A stretch of 63,979 bases of DNA, counting the filler, from an uncultured bacterium (GTDB lineage Bacteria > CAZDME01 > JAYEMH01): NCBI GenBank assembly GCA_964506785.1. It is 5 parts of 5 records of this genome, joined end to end, with 100 filler letters (N's around TTAATTAATTAA, not from the genome) between each part and the next. Parts side by side here need not be neighbours in the genome. Positions count along the whole stretch, not along the records: positions 14,886 to 29,359 come from CAZDME010000034.1; positions 29,460 to 43,781 come from CAZDME010000035.1; 3 more parts are not named here. The stretch is one strand, 5' to 3'. The notes below the pieces were generated by a model. The model was not told where the DNA came from, did no database searches, and saw nothing but the letters and a program-made list of their open reading frames with translations. The position numbers and the translations under genes were made by a program. Each line of letters starts with the position of its first letter. Within the stretch, counting starts at the first letter, position 1. Below are positions 27,467 to 37,590 of the stretch, one piece after another.

Positions 27467-28468
27467 TTACCACCTGAATCCGAGGCCGGCGACAATAGAT
27501 ATCTTTCCCCCCTCTATTAATTCCTCAAGGAAGGCCTCGCCGGAGTCTCCCATGATTTTTCGGGATAGTTTAATACTTATATCCAGATTTTCGTCCTTTT
27601 TATTTTTCAATTTAAATTCCAGCTTATGTTTATCATCCAGCCTACAATCGGCTCCAAAGACGAGCCCCCGGTATCTTCCTGATTCAAAGGGCATCTCAAA
27701 GATTAATCCCAGATTTTTATTTACCTTCCATTCTCCGAGGAGAGTAATTTCTTTTTTCCGGGGGACTGCCCCTATGCCCACTTTATATTTAAGTCCCTTT
27801 TTTGCCGCCTTTCCCAGGCTTACTTCGAAATCGAACTGCGAATTTATCTTTTTATTCAGGCAATAGATAATCCGGTGTTTTCCGGCGATATCCCACCGGC
27901 CCTTAAAGGTCAGGGTCCGGGTCAACTTTCTTTTTCTTACAAGGCGGGTTTTTTCGTAGGTGTATACAATTTCATTTTTTTTATTTACTTCCCAGCTTCC
28001 TTTAAGGGTAAGAATATCGGTTTTCCCTTTTTCCCTTTTTGCCCTAAAGCTCAAGCGGTTATATTTATCCGCCTGCCATCTTCCTTCCAGTTTCAGGATA
28101 TAGATGCGGTAGTTTCCTTCCGAATCTTTGCTGGCCGCAGAAAAGATTAATCTGTTTGCTTTGGCATCCAGGAGCTGTGTTTGTATGACCAGTTTATTCC
28201 CGGCGATTTGGTTACCCCATTTATTCAACGTTAATATAAGGTTATGATTTTTATCCAGTGACCATCTGCCTTTAAGCTTGATGTTTTGGGGGATGGAGGA
28301 AAGGGGGGATTTCTTGACATGGAAGCTGATGCGGTTTTTTTTATCGATTTTGAATTTCCCGTCCAGGACATATCTAAAATATGGAAATTTTGATTCTTTC
28401 GTTTCTTTTTTATATATCAGGCGGTTATGGGGGTCTATCTCCAGCTTTATTTTTTCTTTACTATCCAT
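27467..28468 (-). CDS. Hypothetical basic beta-repeat protein
   Basis: About seven L-x-G-x-W-x-h-(D/N)-K repeats, ends VAGLGFRW; start placed at ATG 28468 (track gives 28576). Confidence 0.75.
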   Translation of the reverse strand: MDSKEKIKLEIDPHNRLIYKKETKESKFPYFRYVLDGKFKIDKKNRISFHVKKSPLSSIPQNIKLKGRWSLDKNHNLILTLNKWGNQIAGNKLVIQTQLLDAKANRLIFSAASKDSEGNYRIYILKLEGRWQADKYNRLSFRAKREKGKTDILTLKGSWEVNKKNEIVYTYEKTRLVRKRKLTRTLTFKGRWDIAGKHRIIYCLNKKINSQFDFEVSLGKAAKKGLKYKVGIGAVPRKKEITLLGEWKVNKNLGLIFEMPFESGRYRGLVFGADCRLDDKHKLEFKLKNKKDENLDISIKLSRKIMGDSGEAFLEELIEGGKISIVAGLGFRW

Positions 28469-28694
28469 TTTATTTATTATATCACACTCTCCCTGCCGGC
28501 CAAAACTAAATCCCCGCCTAAATAATCTTGCGGTTTTTCTCTTTCCGCTGTACAATATATTTCTGTAAAAAGGCACACACTATGCTTCCCAATATTTTTT
28601 ACACCGGGTTTCTGTATTAGCCGTTCCGTATTCGGCTTTAAGCTTTCCGGCTTTTAAATTTTAGGCTGGTGACGTTTCAAAAAAAGGCGGGTAT

Positions 28695-29156
28695 ATGTTT
28701 AAGCTGGTAATAAGCATACTAATATGTCAGTTTGCTGGAATTATCGGGGGATTATTTACGCGATATTCTATTCCGGTATGGTATGAAAGTCTTAAGAAAC
28801 CCTTTTTTATTCCGCCTAACTGGTTATTTGGGCCCGTCTGGGCAGTTTTATATACTATGATGGGCATTGCCGTATACACTATCTGGCGCAAAGGATTACG
28901 GACGGACGGTATCAAATCGGCTCTCGAAATTTTTATTTTCCAATTAATTTTAAACAGTTTATGGCCGGTAGTTTTTTTCGGAGGCAGATCGATTGCCGGC
29001 GGCATGATTATTATTGTGTTTTTATGGCTGGCTATAGTCTGGACTATGCGCGTCTTTTTTAATCTTTCGAAAACGGCGTTTTTACTGCTTGTGCCGTATA
29101 TTTTATGGGTAAGTTTCGCGCTTGTGCTTAATTTATCATTTGTCATATTAAACTAA
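28695..29156 (+). CDS. tspO: TspO/MBR tryptophan-rich sensory protein
   Basis: WYESLKKP..PPNWLFGPVW, LNSLW, LLVPYILWVSFA. Confidence 0.93.
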   Translation: MFKLVISILICQFAGIIGGLFTRYSIPVWYESLKKPFFIPPNWLFGPVWAVLYTMMGIAVYTIWRKGLRTDGIKSALEIFIFQLILNSLWPVVFFGGRSIAGGMIIIVFLWLAIVWTMRVFFNLSKTAFLLLVPYILWVSFALVLNLSFVILN

Positions 29157-29167
29157 CAGGGTATGCA

Positions 29168-29326
29168 ATGAGACCTATATTTATATTGATTATTGTTATG
29201 TTTATCGCCGGGTGCTCTCACATTATTTACGAACAAGAGAAAGACGCGACAGGCCTTTCGGATTCCGGGAGTAAAACAGAGTTCCAGTTACGCGGACCCA
29301 AAGCGGTAATAAAACACAGTTTTTAA
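29168..29326 (+). CDS. 52-aa lipoprotein (not in ORF track)
   Basis: MRPIFILIIVMFIAG-C lipobox; ends AVIKHSF. Confidence 0.65.
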   Translation: MRPIFILIIVMFIAGCSHIIYEQEKDATGLSDSGSKTEFQLRGPKAVIKHSF

Positions 29327-29359
29327 GTCACTTTGTTATGAAGCAGAAAAAAATTGGCA

Positions 29360-29459
29360 NNNNNNNNNNNNNNNNNNNNNNNNNNNNNNNNNNNNNNNNN
29401 NNNTTAATTAATTAANNNNNNNNNNNNNNNNNNNNNNNNNNNNNNNNNNNNNNNNNNNN
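29360..29459. other. Artificial contig linker
   Basis: N44-TTAATTAATTAA-N44. Confidence 0.99.
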
Positions 29460-29461
29460 TA

Positions 29462-31063
29462 GTATTAATCTTAGGAGTGTTTGTTTTTACCGGAATGGGC
29501 GGTGCTTGGGCGGAAGAGACACAGTTGAGAGGTAGACTCGAGATTAATCTTACTGCTGGCGGAGGAGGGTCAGGGAGTCTGATGGGTAGCCCTTCTTGTT
29601 ATCTCAGGACAGAGGATGGTGTGTATTTGTTGAAAGACTCAAGCGAGCTTGCAGCACTATACCCGGGAGATTTTAGTGATTTAAATGGTCAGACAGCCTT
29701 TCTTACTGGTACAATTGCTCCTATTTCCGCCAATTCAGGCTGTGACGGGTACTTAAATAATGTGAGTGTTCTACAAAGACTTGGTGATGTTGCCCCTCTG
29801 GGTAATCCTGATGGTCAGATTACCGTTGGTGATGCTCTGGTGGCCCAGAGGATAGCTCTTGGATTGGAAAAATACGATCCGGCGGCCGATATTAATGCTA
29901 ACAAAGTAGTTAATGTAGGAGAAGTAAAAGAGATTCTTAAATGTGGGATAGGTCTCCAGACACCGCAAAATCTTGCTAACTATGAAGAACCAAGTGTTAC
30001 CTATGGTGCTTCCCAGATGGTAACGGCCCCCTTGGTTTCACCTGAACAAGAGGCAGGTGTGCAAGGTCTATTAGAGAAAGCCTTGAAAGCAGGACGAACC
30101 TCTGACCAAGCAATGACTTTTGTGGAGAATTATGTGCAGGCCCAAGAGGAGTCAGATGGAGTAACTTTTGTGAAAGACGGAGAAGAATACAGGGCCCACT
30201 TTAACGATAAGGCAGGGGCAATAGTAGCAGAAAAGGTTGTTTCGGAGGAAGTAAATAAACAACAGGGAGAAGCCCGGATTACCAATTTAACCCGGTGGGA
30301 TGAAGATGGGAAGCTGATAGAAGGAGCCCAGATTAAAAATTTAAGCGTGGATGAAGAAAGGAACCCGGCGGAAGAAGGCCGGATTATCGCAATGACCATA
30401 ACAGACGAGACGAAAAAAGCAGTCAGTGAGGATGCAGAACGAGAAGAGCCAGGCTGGAATCCAAATTACTGGGTGGAACGGCGTGTAGAAGGTTTACAGA
30501 AAATGATTCAAAAACTGAAAGGAAAGGTAACTGAAGAACAGGAAAACTCGCAAGGAGAAGCCCGGATTACCAATTTAACCCGGTGGGATGAAGAGGGAAA
30601 TTTGATAGAAGGAGCCCAGATTAAAAATTTAACCGTATGGAATGAAGAGGAGCAACTGGTGGATGTCCCGAAGGGGGAACGAAAAGTTCAACCTATTGCT
30701 GCGCAGTTCGGTTCTGTTATTAGGTCTCAGACAAAAGAAGACGGCAAAAAAGGTGTAAACAGGGCCGTTTTGCCTAGTAAAAATGTCAAGCCGACCCTCC
30801 GAACTTTTACAGACTATGGTCAGGTAAAGGCAAAAAGAAGTGTTCAGCGTCCTCTTTCCCAAAAACGATACGGTATCGGTAGAGACCCATTGCCAAAAGA
30901 GAAAATGGTGGAGCGGAAAGTTAAACCTGTTACTACGCAGTTCGGTTCTGTTATTAGGTCTCAGACAAAAGAAGAGGGCAAAAAAGGTGTAAACAGGGCC
31001 GTTTTGCCTAGTAAAAATGTCAAGCCGACCCTCCGAACGTTTACACACTATTTTGGGAAGTAG
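29462..31063 (+). CDS. Secreted protein (5'-truncated by contig edge) with dockerin-like domain and two internal duplications
   Basis: Frame open to contig edge (VLILGVFVFTGMGGAWA signal); GDVAPLGNPDGQITVGDAL...ADINANKVVNVGE Ca-loop pair. Confidence 0.75.
   Translation, partial: VLILGVFVFTGMGGAWAEETQLRGRLEINLTAGGGGSGSLMGSPSCYLRTEDGVYLLKDSSELAALYPGDFSDLNGQTAFLTGTIAPISANSGCDGYLNNVSVLQRLGDVAPLGNPDGQITVGDALVAQRIALGLEKYDPAADINANKVVNVGEVKEILKCGIGLQTPQNLANYEEPSVTYGASQMVTAPLVSPEQEAGVQGLLEKALKAGRTSDQAMTFVENYVQAQEESDGVTFVKDGEEYRAHFNDKAGAIVAEKVVSEEVNKQQGEARITNLTRWDEDGKLIEGAQIKNLSVDEERNPAEEGRIIAMTITDETKKAVSEDAEREEPGWNPNYWVERRVEGLQKMIQKLKGKVTEEQENSQGEARITNLTRWDEEGNLIEGAQIKNLTVWNEEEQLVDVPKGERKVQPIAAQFGSVIRSQTKEDGKKGVNRAVLPSKNVKPTLRTFTDYGQVKAKRSVQRPLSQKRYGIGRDPLPKEKMVERKVKPVTTQFGSVIRSQTKEEGKKGVNRAVLPSKNVKPTLRTFTHYFGK
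30266..31051 (+). repeat. Two intragenic direct repeats
   Basis: 79 bp at 30266-30344 and 30554-30632; 116 bp at 30702-30817 and 30936-31051; few mismatches. Confidence 0.9.
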
Positions 31064-31220
31064 AATCTATAAAGGAAGAGGGTAATAGTAGAAAAAGAGA
31101 GAAGGTAACGGAAAAGACAGGTGTTGTTATTACCCTGACAGTGTTTTCTCTGCTGCTATTCGGGATGTTATGTTTTTGCTAACGATTAGGTAGCTGAAAT
31201 TTCAAAAAAAGAGACTTGAA

Positions 31221-31250
31221 AAACTCCGCCGATCGGCGGGTTTTTTTATT
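31221..31250 (+). terminator. Intrinsic terminator
   Basis: tccgcc-gatc-ggcggg followed by T7. Confidence 0.8.
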
Positions 31251-31379
31251 TAGAGGATACCCCGATAACTTGCACCTCAAAGGGGCAAGGATTCTTATTC
31301 ACCAAACGGTTCTTGCCCGGCTGTATTTCTGTTTCATGGTTTTAAGATGGTAGTTTAAAAATTATTTTTCAATCAGGAA

Positions 31380-31557
31380 CCATCAGCCGCTTTAGCTCAT
31401 CGCTCTTAGCTCATCGCTCTTAGCTTTTTTACATTACACCTAACACATCACACGTTACACAATTACCATGCTTGTCTGCCTCCTCTTTTGGCGGAAGCCA
31501 TTTACCATCAGCCATTAGCTATCAGCCATGAGCCATCAGCCAAAAGCTATGCGCTAA
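31380..31557. repeat. Composite heptamer array (TAGCTCA / TTACACA / CCATCAG families)
   Basis: tagctca-tcgctct x2; ttacacc-taacaca-tcacacg-ttacaca; ccatcag-ccattag-ctatcag-ccatgag-ccatcag; core repeated inverted at 62392-62435. Confidence 0.85.
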
Positions 31558-31576
31558 AGGGTGGTGCGGGATTTTA

Positions 31577-31605
31577 TTGACTTCTCTTTTTTTTTATGGG
31601 ATAAT
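31577..31605 (+). promoter_or_regulatory. sigma70-type promoter of gyrA
   Basis: TTGACT-17 bp-GATAAT with extended TG. Confidence 0.65.
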
Positions 31606-31646
31606 GACCCGTTAGAAATTTCCACAAAAGGAGAAAGAAAAGAATT

Positions 31647-34097
31647 ATGGTTGAAAAACAAAAAGAAAAAATTATTCCGGTAAACATTGAAGATGAAATG
31701 CAGAAGTCATACCTCGATTACGCCATGAGCGTAATTGTTGGCAGGGCGCTCCCCGATGTACGTGATGGCTTAAAACCCGTCCACCGCAGGATTCTTTACG
31801 CTATGTATGATATGGGGATGTTTCACAATAAGCCTTATAAAAAATCCGCCCGCATCGTCGGCGATTGCCTTGGGAAATACCATCCGCATGGAGACGCAGC
31901 CGTTTATGATACCATGGTGCGCTTAGTTCAGGAGTTTGCCTCTCGTTATCCGCTGGTTGACGGGCAGGGGAACTGGGGCTCTATTGACGGCGATGCCGCC
32001 GCGGCCATGCGTTATACCGAGGCAAGGCTGGCATCTTTAAGCGAAGAGATGCTGCGTGATATCGAGAAAGAAACGGTTGATTTTATGCTAAATTTCGACG
32101 AATCGTTAAAGGAGCCGGTGGTTTTACCTTGCAGCTTTCCTAACCTTTTGGTTAACGGCTCTTCGGGTATTGCCGTGGGTATGGCCTGTAATATTCCGCC
32201 GCATAATTTAAGCGAGGTGATTGATGGCCTGGTTTATCTCATTGAAAACCCCGCGGCCAAAGTTGAGGAGTTAATGCTTCATGTCCCTGGGCCGGATTTT
32301 CCTACGGGAGCCTTTATCTTAGGTAATCAGGCGATTAAAACCGCTTATCGAACCGGACGGGGAATTATTAAACTCAGGGCGCGGGCGAATATTGAAAAAA
32401 TAAAAGGGGGAAAAGAAAGCATTGTTATTACTGAGATCCCTTTTCAAGTCAATAAAGCGTCCTTAATTGAATCTATTGCCGGCCTTATTCGGGCCGGAAG
32501 GGTTGAGGGAATTAATAATCTTCGGGATGAATCAGATAAAGACGGAATACGGATTGTTGTTGAATTGAAACGGGACGCTGAGGCGCAGATAGCTCTGAAT
32601 CAGCTGTATAAACACACCCAATTGCAAAGCACTTTTGGCATAATACTACTTGCTCTGGTGCATGGGCAGCCCCGGGTTTTGAATCTTTCCCAGATGATGC
32701 AGCATTTTCTGGATCATCGCCGGATGGTCTTAGTCAGGCGCAGTCAATTTGAACTGCAAGTCGCAGAAAAACGAGCCCATATTCTGGAGGGATTAAAGAT
32801 TGCTCTGAAAAATCTTGATGCGGTAATTAAAACCATTCGCGGCGCTTCCAGTCCTGAGGATGCCCGGGGAAAGTTAATGATTAATTTTAAATTGAGCCTG
32901 ATTCAGACCCAGGCGATACTCGATATGCGCCTGCAGCGTTTGACCAGGTTGGAACGGGATAAAATTGATGCCGAATACCTGGAAGTGATTAAAAATATTG
33001 AGCGGCTCCAGGCGATTCTAGGCAGCGAAAAGAAGGTTTGGGAACTGATTAAAGAGGAACTGCTGGGGATTAAGAAAAAATATGGTGATTCCCGGCGGAC
33101 ACAAATTGTCGAAGAGGAAGAAGAATTAGCCCTGGAGGATTTAATTGCCGAGGAAGATATGGTTATTACCATGAGCCACACCGGATACATTAAGCGGCTT
33201 CCGGTCAGCACTTACCGAAGGCAGGCCCGGGGTGGAAAAGGAGTTACCGGGGCCGGGACCAAAGGGGAGGATTTCATTGAACATTTCTTTATTGCCTCCA
33301 CCCATGACTATATTCTCTTTTTCACCGGCGGCGGCCGGGTTTATTGGGTTAAGGTTTACGAAATTCCTCAGGCCGGGCGGCTTTCCAAAGGCAAGGCAAT
33401 CGTCAATCTTCTCAATATAGGAAGCCAGGAAAGTATTTCGGCGACTATCCCTGTGCGTAAGTTTGACAGTCAGCATTTTTTGGTTATGGCTACCGAAAAA
33501 GGGATTATCAAAAAAACTAATTTAGAAGCCTATGGCCACCCGCGCAAAGGCGGGATTGCCGCCATAAAAATAGATTCGGGAGACAAAGTAGTCAATGTAA
33601 TTTTAACCAACGGCAAAGAGCAAATTCTTCTGGCCACCCGCCAAGGGAAAGCTATTCGTTTTTCCGAAAAAGATGTTCGGGCCATTTCCAGGACAGCCCG
33701 GGGAGTAAAAGGAATAAAATTGGGAAAAGACGATAAAGTGGTCGGGATGAAAATTGCCCGGGAAGAGGCGTCTCTTCTTACGGTAACCAACCGCGGCTAT
33801 GGAAAAAGGAGTAAATTTGGAGATTATCGCCTGCAGAGCCGGGGAGGCAGCGGGGTGATTAATATTAAGGCTATTGAGCGTAAAGGGTTTGTCATTGGTG
33901 TCGAATCGGTTCAAAATGAAGATGAGGTGATGATTATTTCCAGCCACGGGATGATTATCCGTATCCCCATCAAAGCGATTCGGGTTATGGGCCGCAGCAC
34001 CCAGGGGGTGCGGCTCATTAGTTTAAAAGCAGATGACCAGGTCAGGGCGATTGCTCCGGTAGTTAGTGAGGAAAAAAGCATCAATGCCGAGTTATGA
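31647..34097 (+). CDS. gyrA: DNA gyrase subunit A
   Basis: [29 protein letters not shown], GyrA-box QARGGKG, beta-pinwheel C-terminal domain. Confidence 0.98.
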   Translation: MVEKQKEKIIPVNIEDEMQKSYLDYAMSVIVGRALPDVRDGLKPVHRRILYAMYDMGMFHNKPYKKSARIVGDCLGKYHPHGDAAVYDTMVRLVQEFASRYPLVDGQGNWGSIDGDAAAAMRYTEARLASLSEEMLRDIEKETVDFMLNFDESLKEPVVLPCSFPNLLVNGSSGIAVGMACNIPPHNLSEVIDGLVYLIENPAAKVEELMLHVPGPDFPTGAFILGNQAIKTAYRTGRGIIKLRARANIEKIKGGKESIVITEIPFQVNKASLIESIAGLIRAGRVEGINNLRDESDKDGIRIVVELKRDAEAQIALNQLYKHTQLQSTFGIILLALVHGQPRVLNLSQMMQHFLDHRRMVLVRRSQFELQVAEKRAHILEGLKIALKNLDAVIKTIRGASSPEDARGKLMINFKLSLIQTQAILDMRLQRLTRLERDKIDAEYLEVIKNIERLQAILGSEKKVWELIKEELLGIKKKYGDSRRTQIVEEEEELALEDLIAEEDMVITMSHTGYIKRLPVSTYRRQARGGKGVTGAGTKGEDFIEHFFIASTHDYILFFTGGGRVYWVKVYEIPQAGRLSKGKAIVNLLNIGSQESISATIPVRKFDSQHFLVMATEKGIIKKTNLEAYGHPRKGGIAAIKIDSGDKVVNVILTNGKEQILLATRQGKAIRFSEKDVRAISRTARGVKGIKLGKDDKVVGMKIAREEASLLTVTNRGYGKRSKFGDYRLQSRGGSGVINIKAIERKGFVIGVESVQNEDEVMIISSHGMIIRIPIKAIRVMGRSTQGVRLISLKADDQVRAIAPVVSEEKSINAEL

Positions 34098-34515
34098 AAT
34101 TATTTCTCATACGGCTGATATTGGCCTGCGTGTTTTTGGCCGGGATTTAGCGGAGTTTTTTTCTAATGCGGCCGATGGAATGTTTCATCTGATGGTTGAA
34201 AATGTAAAAGGGGTGAAACACCGGGAGACAGTTGAGGTGAATCTCTCCGGTTTAAGCCAGGAGGAGCTCTTAGTTAGCTGGTTAAGCGAACTTCTTTATA
34301 AGCTGACGGAGAAACACTGGCTGGGGATAGAAACGGAAATTTTTTCTCTTGAGAAAAAAGGGGATAAGTTTTTTTTGCGGGCCAAAGTTCAAGGGCAAAA
34401 GATTGATTATACAAAAACCCCGCCCAAGAGAGAAATTAAAGCAGTTACCTACCACAACTTAGCCATAAAAAAAGTAGAAAGCGGCTATTCAACCGAGATT
34501 ATTTTCGATGTCTAA
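34084..34515 (+). CDS. Archease
   Basis: [26 protein letters not shown]-terminal IFDV; ATG 34084 overlaps the gyrA end. Confidence 0.93.
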   Translation: MPSYEIISHTADIGLRVFGRDLAEFFSNAADGMFHLMVENVKGVKHRETVEVNLSGLSQEELLVSWLSELLYKLTEKHWLGIETEIFSLEKKGDKFFLRAKVQGQKIDYTKTPPKREIKAVTYHNLAIKKVESGYSTEIIFDV

Positions 34516-34559
34516 ACACCCAAAATCTTCACACTTCGTAAGTGTGATAATTTGAGTGT
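34516..34559. repeat. REP-like palindrome, copy 1
   Basis: TCACACTT-CGT-AAGTGTGA core (34529-34547) with imperfect outer arms. Confidence 0.85.
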
Positions 34560-34571
34560 AAGGAGGGTTGG

Positions 34572-35978
34572 GTGAAAAGGGTATTTTTAATTGTTACGGT
34601 CATGGTCTTAGGGTTCATAATAGCCTCGGACGGACGAGCCCAAGAGAAATCCCAGGAGATAGGCCTAACCGTTTATAATCAGAATTCAGCTCTGGTTAAA
34701 GACAGCCGGGTGATACTTTTCAAAAAAGGATTAAACCTGATTACTTTAGAAGAGGTGGCTGTTCTTATTGACCCCGCCAGCGTTCATTTCAAGACCCTTG
34801 GCGCTCCGGAGGCCTTTTCTGTGCGGGAGCAAAAATATGAATATGACCTCTTAGACGGGAACAAACTTCTGCAAAGATATATCGACCAGAAAATCCGGGT
34901 GCAGACTAAAGACGGGAAAACCTATGAAGGGTTTCTTTTAAGCTTTGATGAGGGACAGATTATTCTGGGTGGTGATAAGAAAACCGGGCCTTTTAATCTT
35001 ATTCAGCGGGATGAAAATATTCAAACGATTCTTTTTCCGGTGCTTCCGGAAGGTTTAATTACTAAACCAACCCTGGCCTGGGAGATAATGGCGAAGCAGC
35101 CCGGAGAACAAATTGTTGAAGTTTCTTATTTCACCCAGGGGGTTAACTGGGAGGCGGATTATGTGGCTGTAGTAAATGAGGATGATACCAAACTGGATTT
35201 ATCCGGCTGGGTGAGTATTGATAACCGCAGTGGGAAAGCATACAAAAACGCCAGACTTAAATTAGTCGCCGGGGAAATACACCTGGCCAAAGAGAGGCCT
35301 CTTCTAGCCTTCAGGAGGGAGCTTAAGGAGGCAATGGTAGACGAAGAAGGTTTTAAGGAAGCGCCTTTTTTTGAATATCATTTGTATACTTTGCCGCGCC
35401 TAATTACCCTCAAGGATAATCAAACCAAGCAAATTACTCTTTTATCAGCGACAGATACAGCGGTGAAAAAACTTTATGTGTTTGATGTTTCTAATCCCTA
35501 TGGATGGCTCATTGCCGGAAGCAGGAAAAAGATAAATGTCAACTTAGAGCTGGAGAATAAAAAAGAACTTGGCCTGGGTATGTCTCTGCCCAAAGGAAAG
35601 GTGCGGGTTTATAAAGCAGACCAGGAAGGGAGCCTCCAGTTGATCGGCGAGGATTTAATCGAGCATACCCCCACGAATGAAAGCATCCGCCTCTATGTAG
35701 GTGATGCTTTTGACCTGGTCGGAGAAAGGAGGCACTTAAAGACAGAGCGGGTCAGTCAGCGGATGCAGGACGATACTTATGAAATCAAACTGCGCAACCA
35801 TAAACAAAGTGATGTAGGTATTATTGTTGTCGAACATATTCCCCGGGGGCGAGAATGGCGGATAACCAAAACTTCGCATGATTACCTCAAGAAAGATGCT
35901 TACACCATAGAATTTAAAGTGGATGTTGGTAAGGGGCATGAGACGATAATTACCTATACAGTGAGAAGCCGCTGGTAA
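34572..35978 (+). CDS. Exported DUF4139-domain protein
   Basis: Signal peptide; LTVYNQNSALVKD, W.ADY, YKNARLKLVAG, LPKGKVRVY. Confidence 0.85.
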   Translation: MKRVFLIVTVMVLGFIIASDGRAQEKSQEIGLTVYNQNSALVKDSRVILFKKGLNLITLEEVAVLIDPASVHFKTLGAPEAFSVREQKYEYDLLDGNKLLQRYIDQKIRVQTKDGKTYEGFLLSFDEGQIILGGDKKTGPFNLIQRDENIQTILFPVLPEGLITKPTLAWEIMAKQPGEQIVEVSYFTQGVNWEADYVAVVNEDDTKLDLSGWVSIDNRSGKAYKNARLKLVAGEIHLAKERPLLAFRRELKEAMVDEEGFKEAPFFEYHLYTLPRLITLKDNQTKQITLLSATDTAVKKLYVFDVSNPYGWLIAGSRKKINVNLELENKKELGLGMSLPKGKVRVYKADQEGSLQLIGEDLIEHTPTNESIRLYVGDAFDLVGERRHLKTERVSQRMQDDTYEIKLRNHKQSDVGIIVVEHIPRGREWRITKTSHDYLKKDAYTIEFKVDVGKGHETIITYTVRSRW

Positions 35979-36061
35979 AAAAACAACCAATAGCCGCAAC
36001 ACCAGAGAACATATTGTTAGTTTACAGGCTACAAAGCTTGTTAGGGCCGTGAGGGGGATAT

Positions 36062-37519
36062 ATGGCTGACGGCTGGCAGGGGAAATTAGAGAGAATAGAC
36101 GATTACCGTTGGAGAATACCGCAGGATTATAAGCCGGGGATGCGTGTCCCCGGCCTTATTTATGCCGACGAGAAATTGCTGGGAAAAATTCTCCAGGATA
36201 AAAGTCCGGAGCAGGTGGCTAATGTTGCCTGCCTTCCCGGAATTGTTAAGGCCTCAATGGCCATGCCCGATATGCACTGGGGCTATGGTTTTTGCATCGG
36301 CGGAGTGGCCGCTTTTCGTCTCGCCGACGGTATCATTTCACCCGGCGGAGTCGGGTATGACATAAATTGCGGCGTCAGGTTAGTCAAAACCAATCTATTC
36401 AAGGATGAAGTCAGGGCTAAATTGAAGATGCTCGTCGAAGGGCTCTTTTATCAGATTCCTGCCGGCGTTGGTTCTGAGGGGCGGATAAGACTTTCTCCTC
36501 AAGAAGAAGAGGATGTAATGGTTAAAGGCTCGGCCTGGGCGGTTTCTCGAGGCTATGGCTGGAAGGAAGATTTAGAAGCTACGGAGGATGAAGGTTTCAT
36601 CCCCGGGGCCGATCCCGGCAGGGTCAGCGCCCGGGCTAAAGAAAGAGGAGCAAGCCAGCAGGGGACTTTGGGGTCCGGCAACCATTTTTTAGAAATTCAG
36701 TTCGTGGAAGAAATTTTTGATGAGGAGTTAGCTTCTATCTTTGATTTACAAAAGGGGCAGGTTACTTTTATGATTCACTGCGGTTCCCGCGGTTTTGGGC
36801 ATCAAATCTGTGATGACTATCTCCACCGGATGATGTCCGCGGCCAATAAATACGGCCTTAATCTTCCCGACCGTCAATTAGCCTGTGCCCCGGTAAATTC
36901 TAAAGAAGGGGAGGATTACCTGGCGGCTATGGCCTGTGCCGCCAATTACGCCTGGGCTAACCGGCAATGTATTATGCATTGGTCCCGGGGGGTATTTGAG
37001 CAAGTATTTAAACGGGCCGCCCGGGATTTAGGGCTGGAATTAATTTATGATGTCTGCCATAATATAGCTAAGGTTGAAGAGCACCTTGTTGATGGGGAAA
37101 AAATGAAGCTGTGTATCCATCGTAAAGGTGCCACCCGCGCCTTTGGACCGAATCATCCTCTGGTTCCCGAGAAATATCGGAGCATTGGCCAGCCGGTAAT
37201 TATTCCCGGAGATATGGGCCGGGCGTCCTATCTTTTAGCCGGAACGGAAGGGGCGATGAAGGAAACGTTTGGCTCAACCTGCCACGGTGCCGGCAGGTTA
37301 ATGAGCCGAAAGGAGGCTACCCGTAAATTTCCCGTAGCCGATTTAGACAGGGAACTTTCCAATCGCCGGGTTATGGTCCGGGCGAAATCACGCCGGACTT
37401 TATCTGAAGAAGCTCCGGGGGCTTATAAAAATGTCAATGATGTCATTAATGTCGTCACCCAGGTGGGGATTTCAAAGAAAGTGGCCAAGATGAAACCGAT
37501 GGGAGTGATTAAAGGATAG
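36062..37519 (+). CDS. rtcB: RNA ligase RtcB (long, archaeal-like type)
   Basis: MPDMHWGYGF, GYDINCG, GTLGSGNHFLE, HCGSRG, HRKGATRA, STCHGAGR, EEAPGAYK. Confidence 0.97.
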   Translation: MADGWQGKLERIDDYRWRIPQDYKPGMRVPGLIYADEKLLGKILQDKSPEQVANVACLPGIVKASMAMPDMHWGYGFCIGGVAAFRLADGIISPGGVGYDINCGVRLVKTNLFKDEVRAKLKMLVEGLFYQIPAGVGSEGRIRLSPQEEEDVMVKGSAWAVSRGYGWKEDLEATEDEGFIPGADPGRVSARAKERGASQQGTLGSGNHFLEIQFVEEIFDEELASIFDLQKGQVTFMIHCGSRGFGHQICDDYLHRMMSAANKYGLNLPDRQLACAPVNSKEGEDYLAAMACAANYAWANRQCIMHWSRGVFEQVFKRAARDLGLELIYDVCHNIAKVEEHLVDGEKMKLCIHRKGATRAFGPNHPLVPEKYRSIGQPVIIPGDMGRASYLLAGTEGAMKETFGSTCHGAGRLMSRKEATRKFPVADLDRELSNRRVMVRAKSRRTLSEEAPGAYKNVNDVINVVTQVGISKKVAKMKPMGVIKG

Positions 37520-37527
37520 CTATAGAG

Positions 37528-37590
37528 TAGCGTGTAGCGTATAGGGAATCGCATATAGGGGAAAAAACAGCGAAAATAGCGTATAGGAAA
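37528..37590 (+). repeat. Left heptamer arm (TAGCGTA)n
   Basis: tagcgtg-tagcgta-tagggaa-tcgcata-tagggga-...-tagcgta-taggaaa in a 7-nt register. Confidence 0.85.

Noticed and set aside
30266-31051. Near-identical repeats plus an Avd-like gene on the same contig, suggesting a diversity-generating retroelement
   Set aside because: Mismatches between copies (T/G, G/A, G/T, C/T, C/G) are not adenine-specific, both copies are in frame in one ORF, and no reverse transcriptase is present.
31100-31183. Short hydrophobic frame after the dockerin-like gene
   Set aside because: No convincing start codon or RBS; too short to support.
35979-36050. GTTAG boxes after DUF4139 as an attC site
   Set aside because: No complementary RYYYAAC box or paired L boxes at the right spacing.
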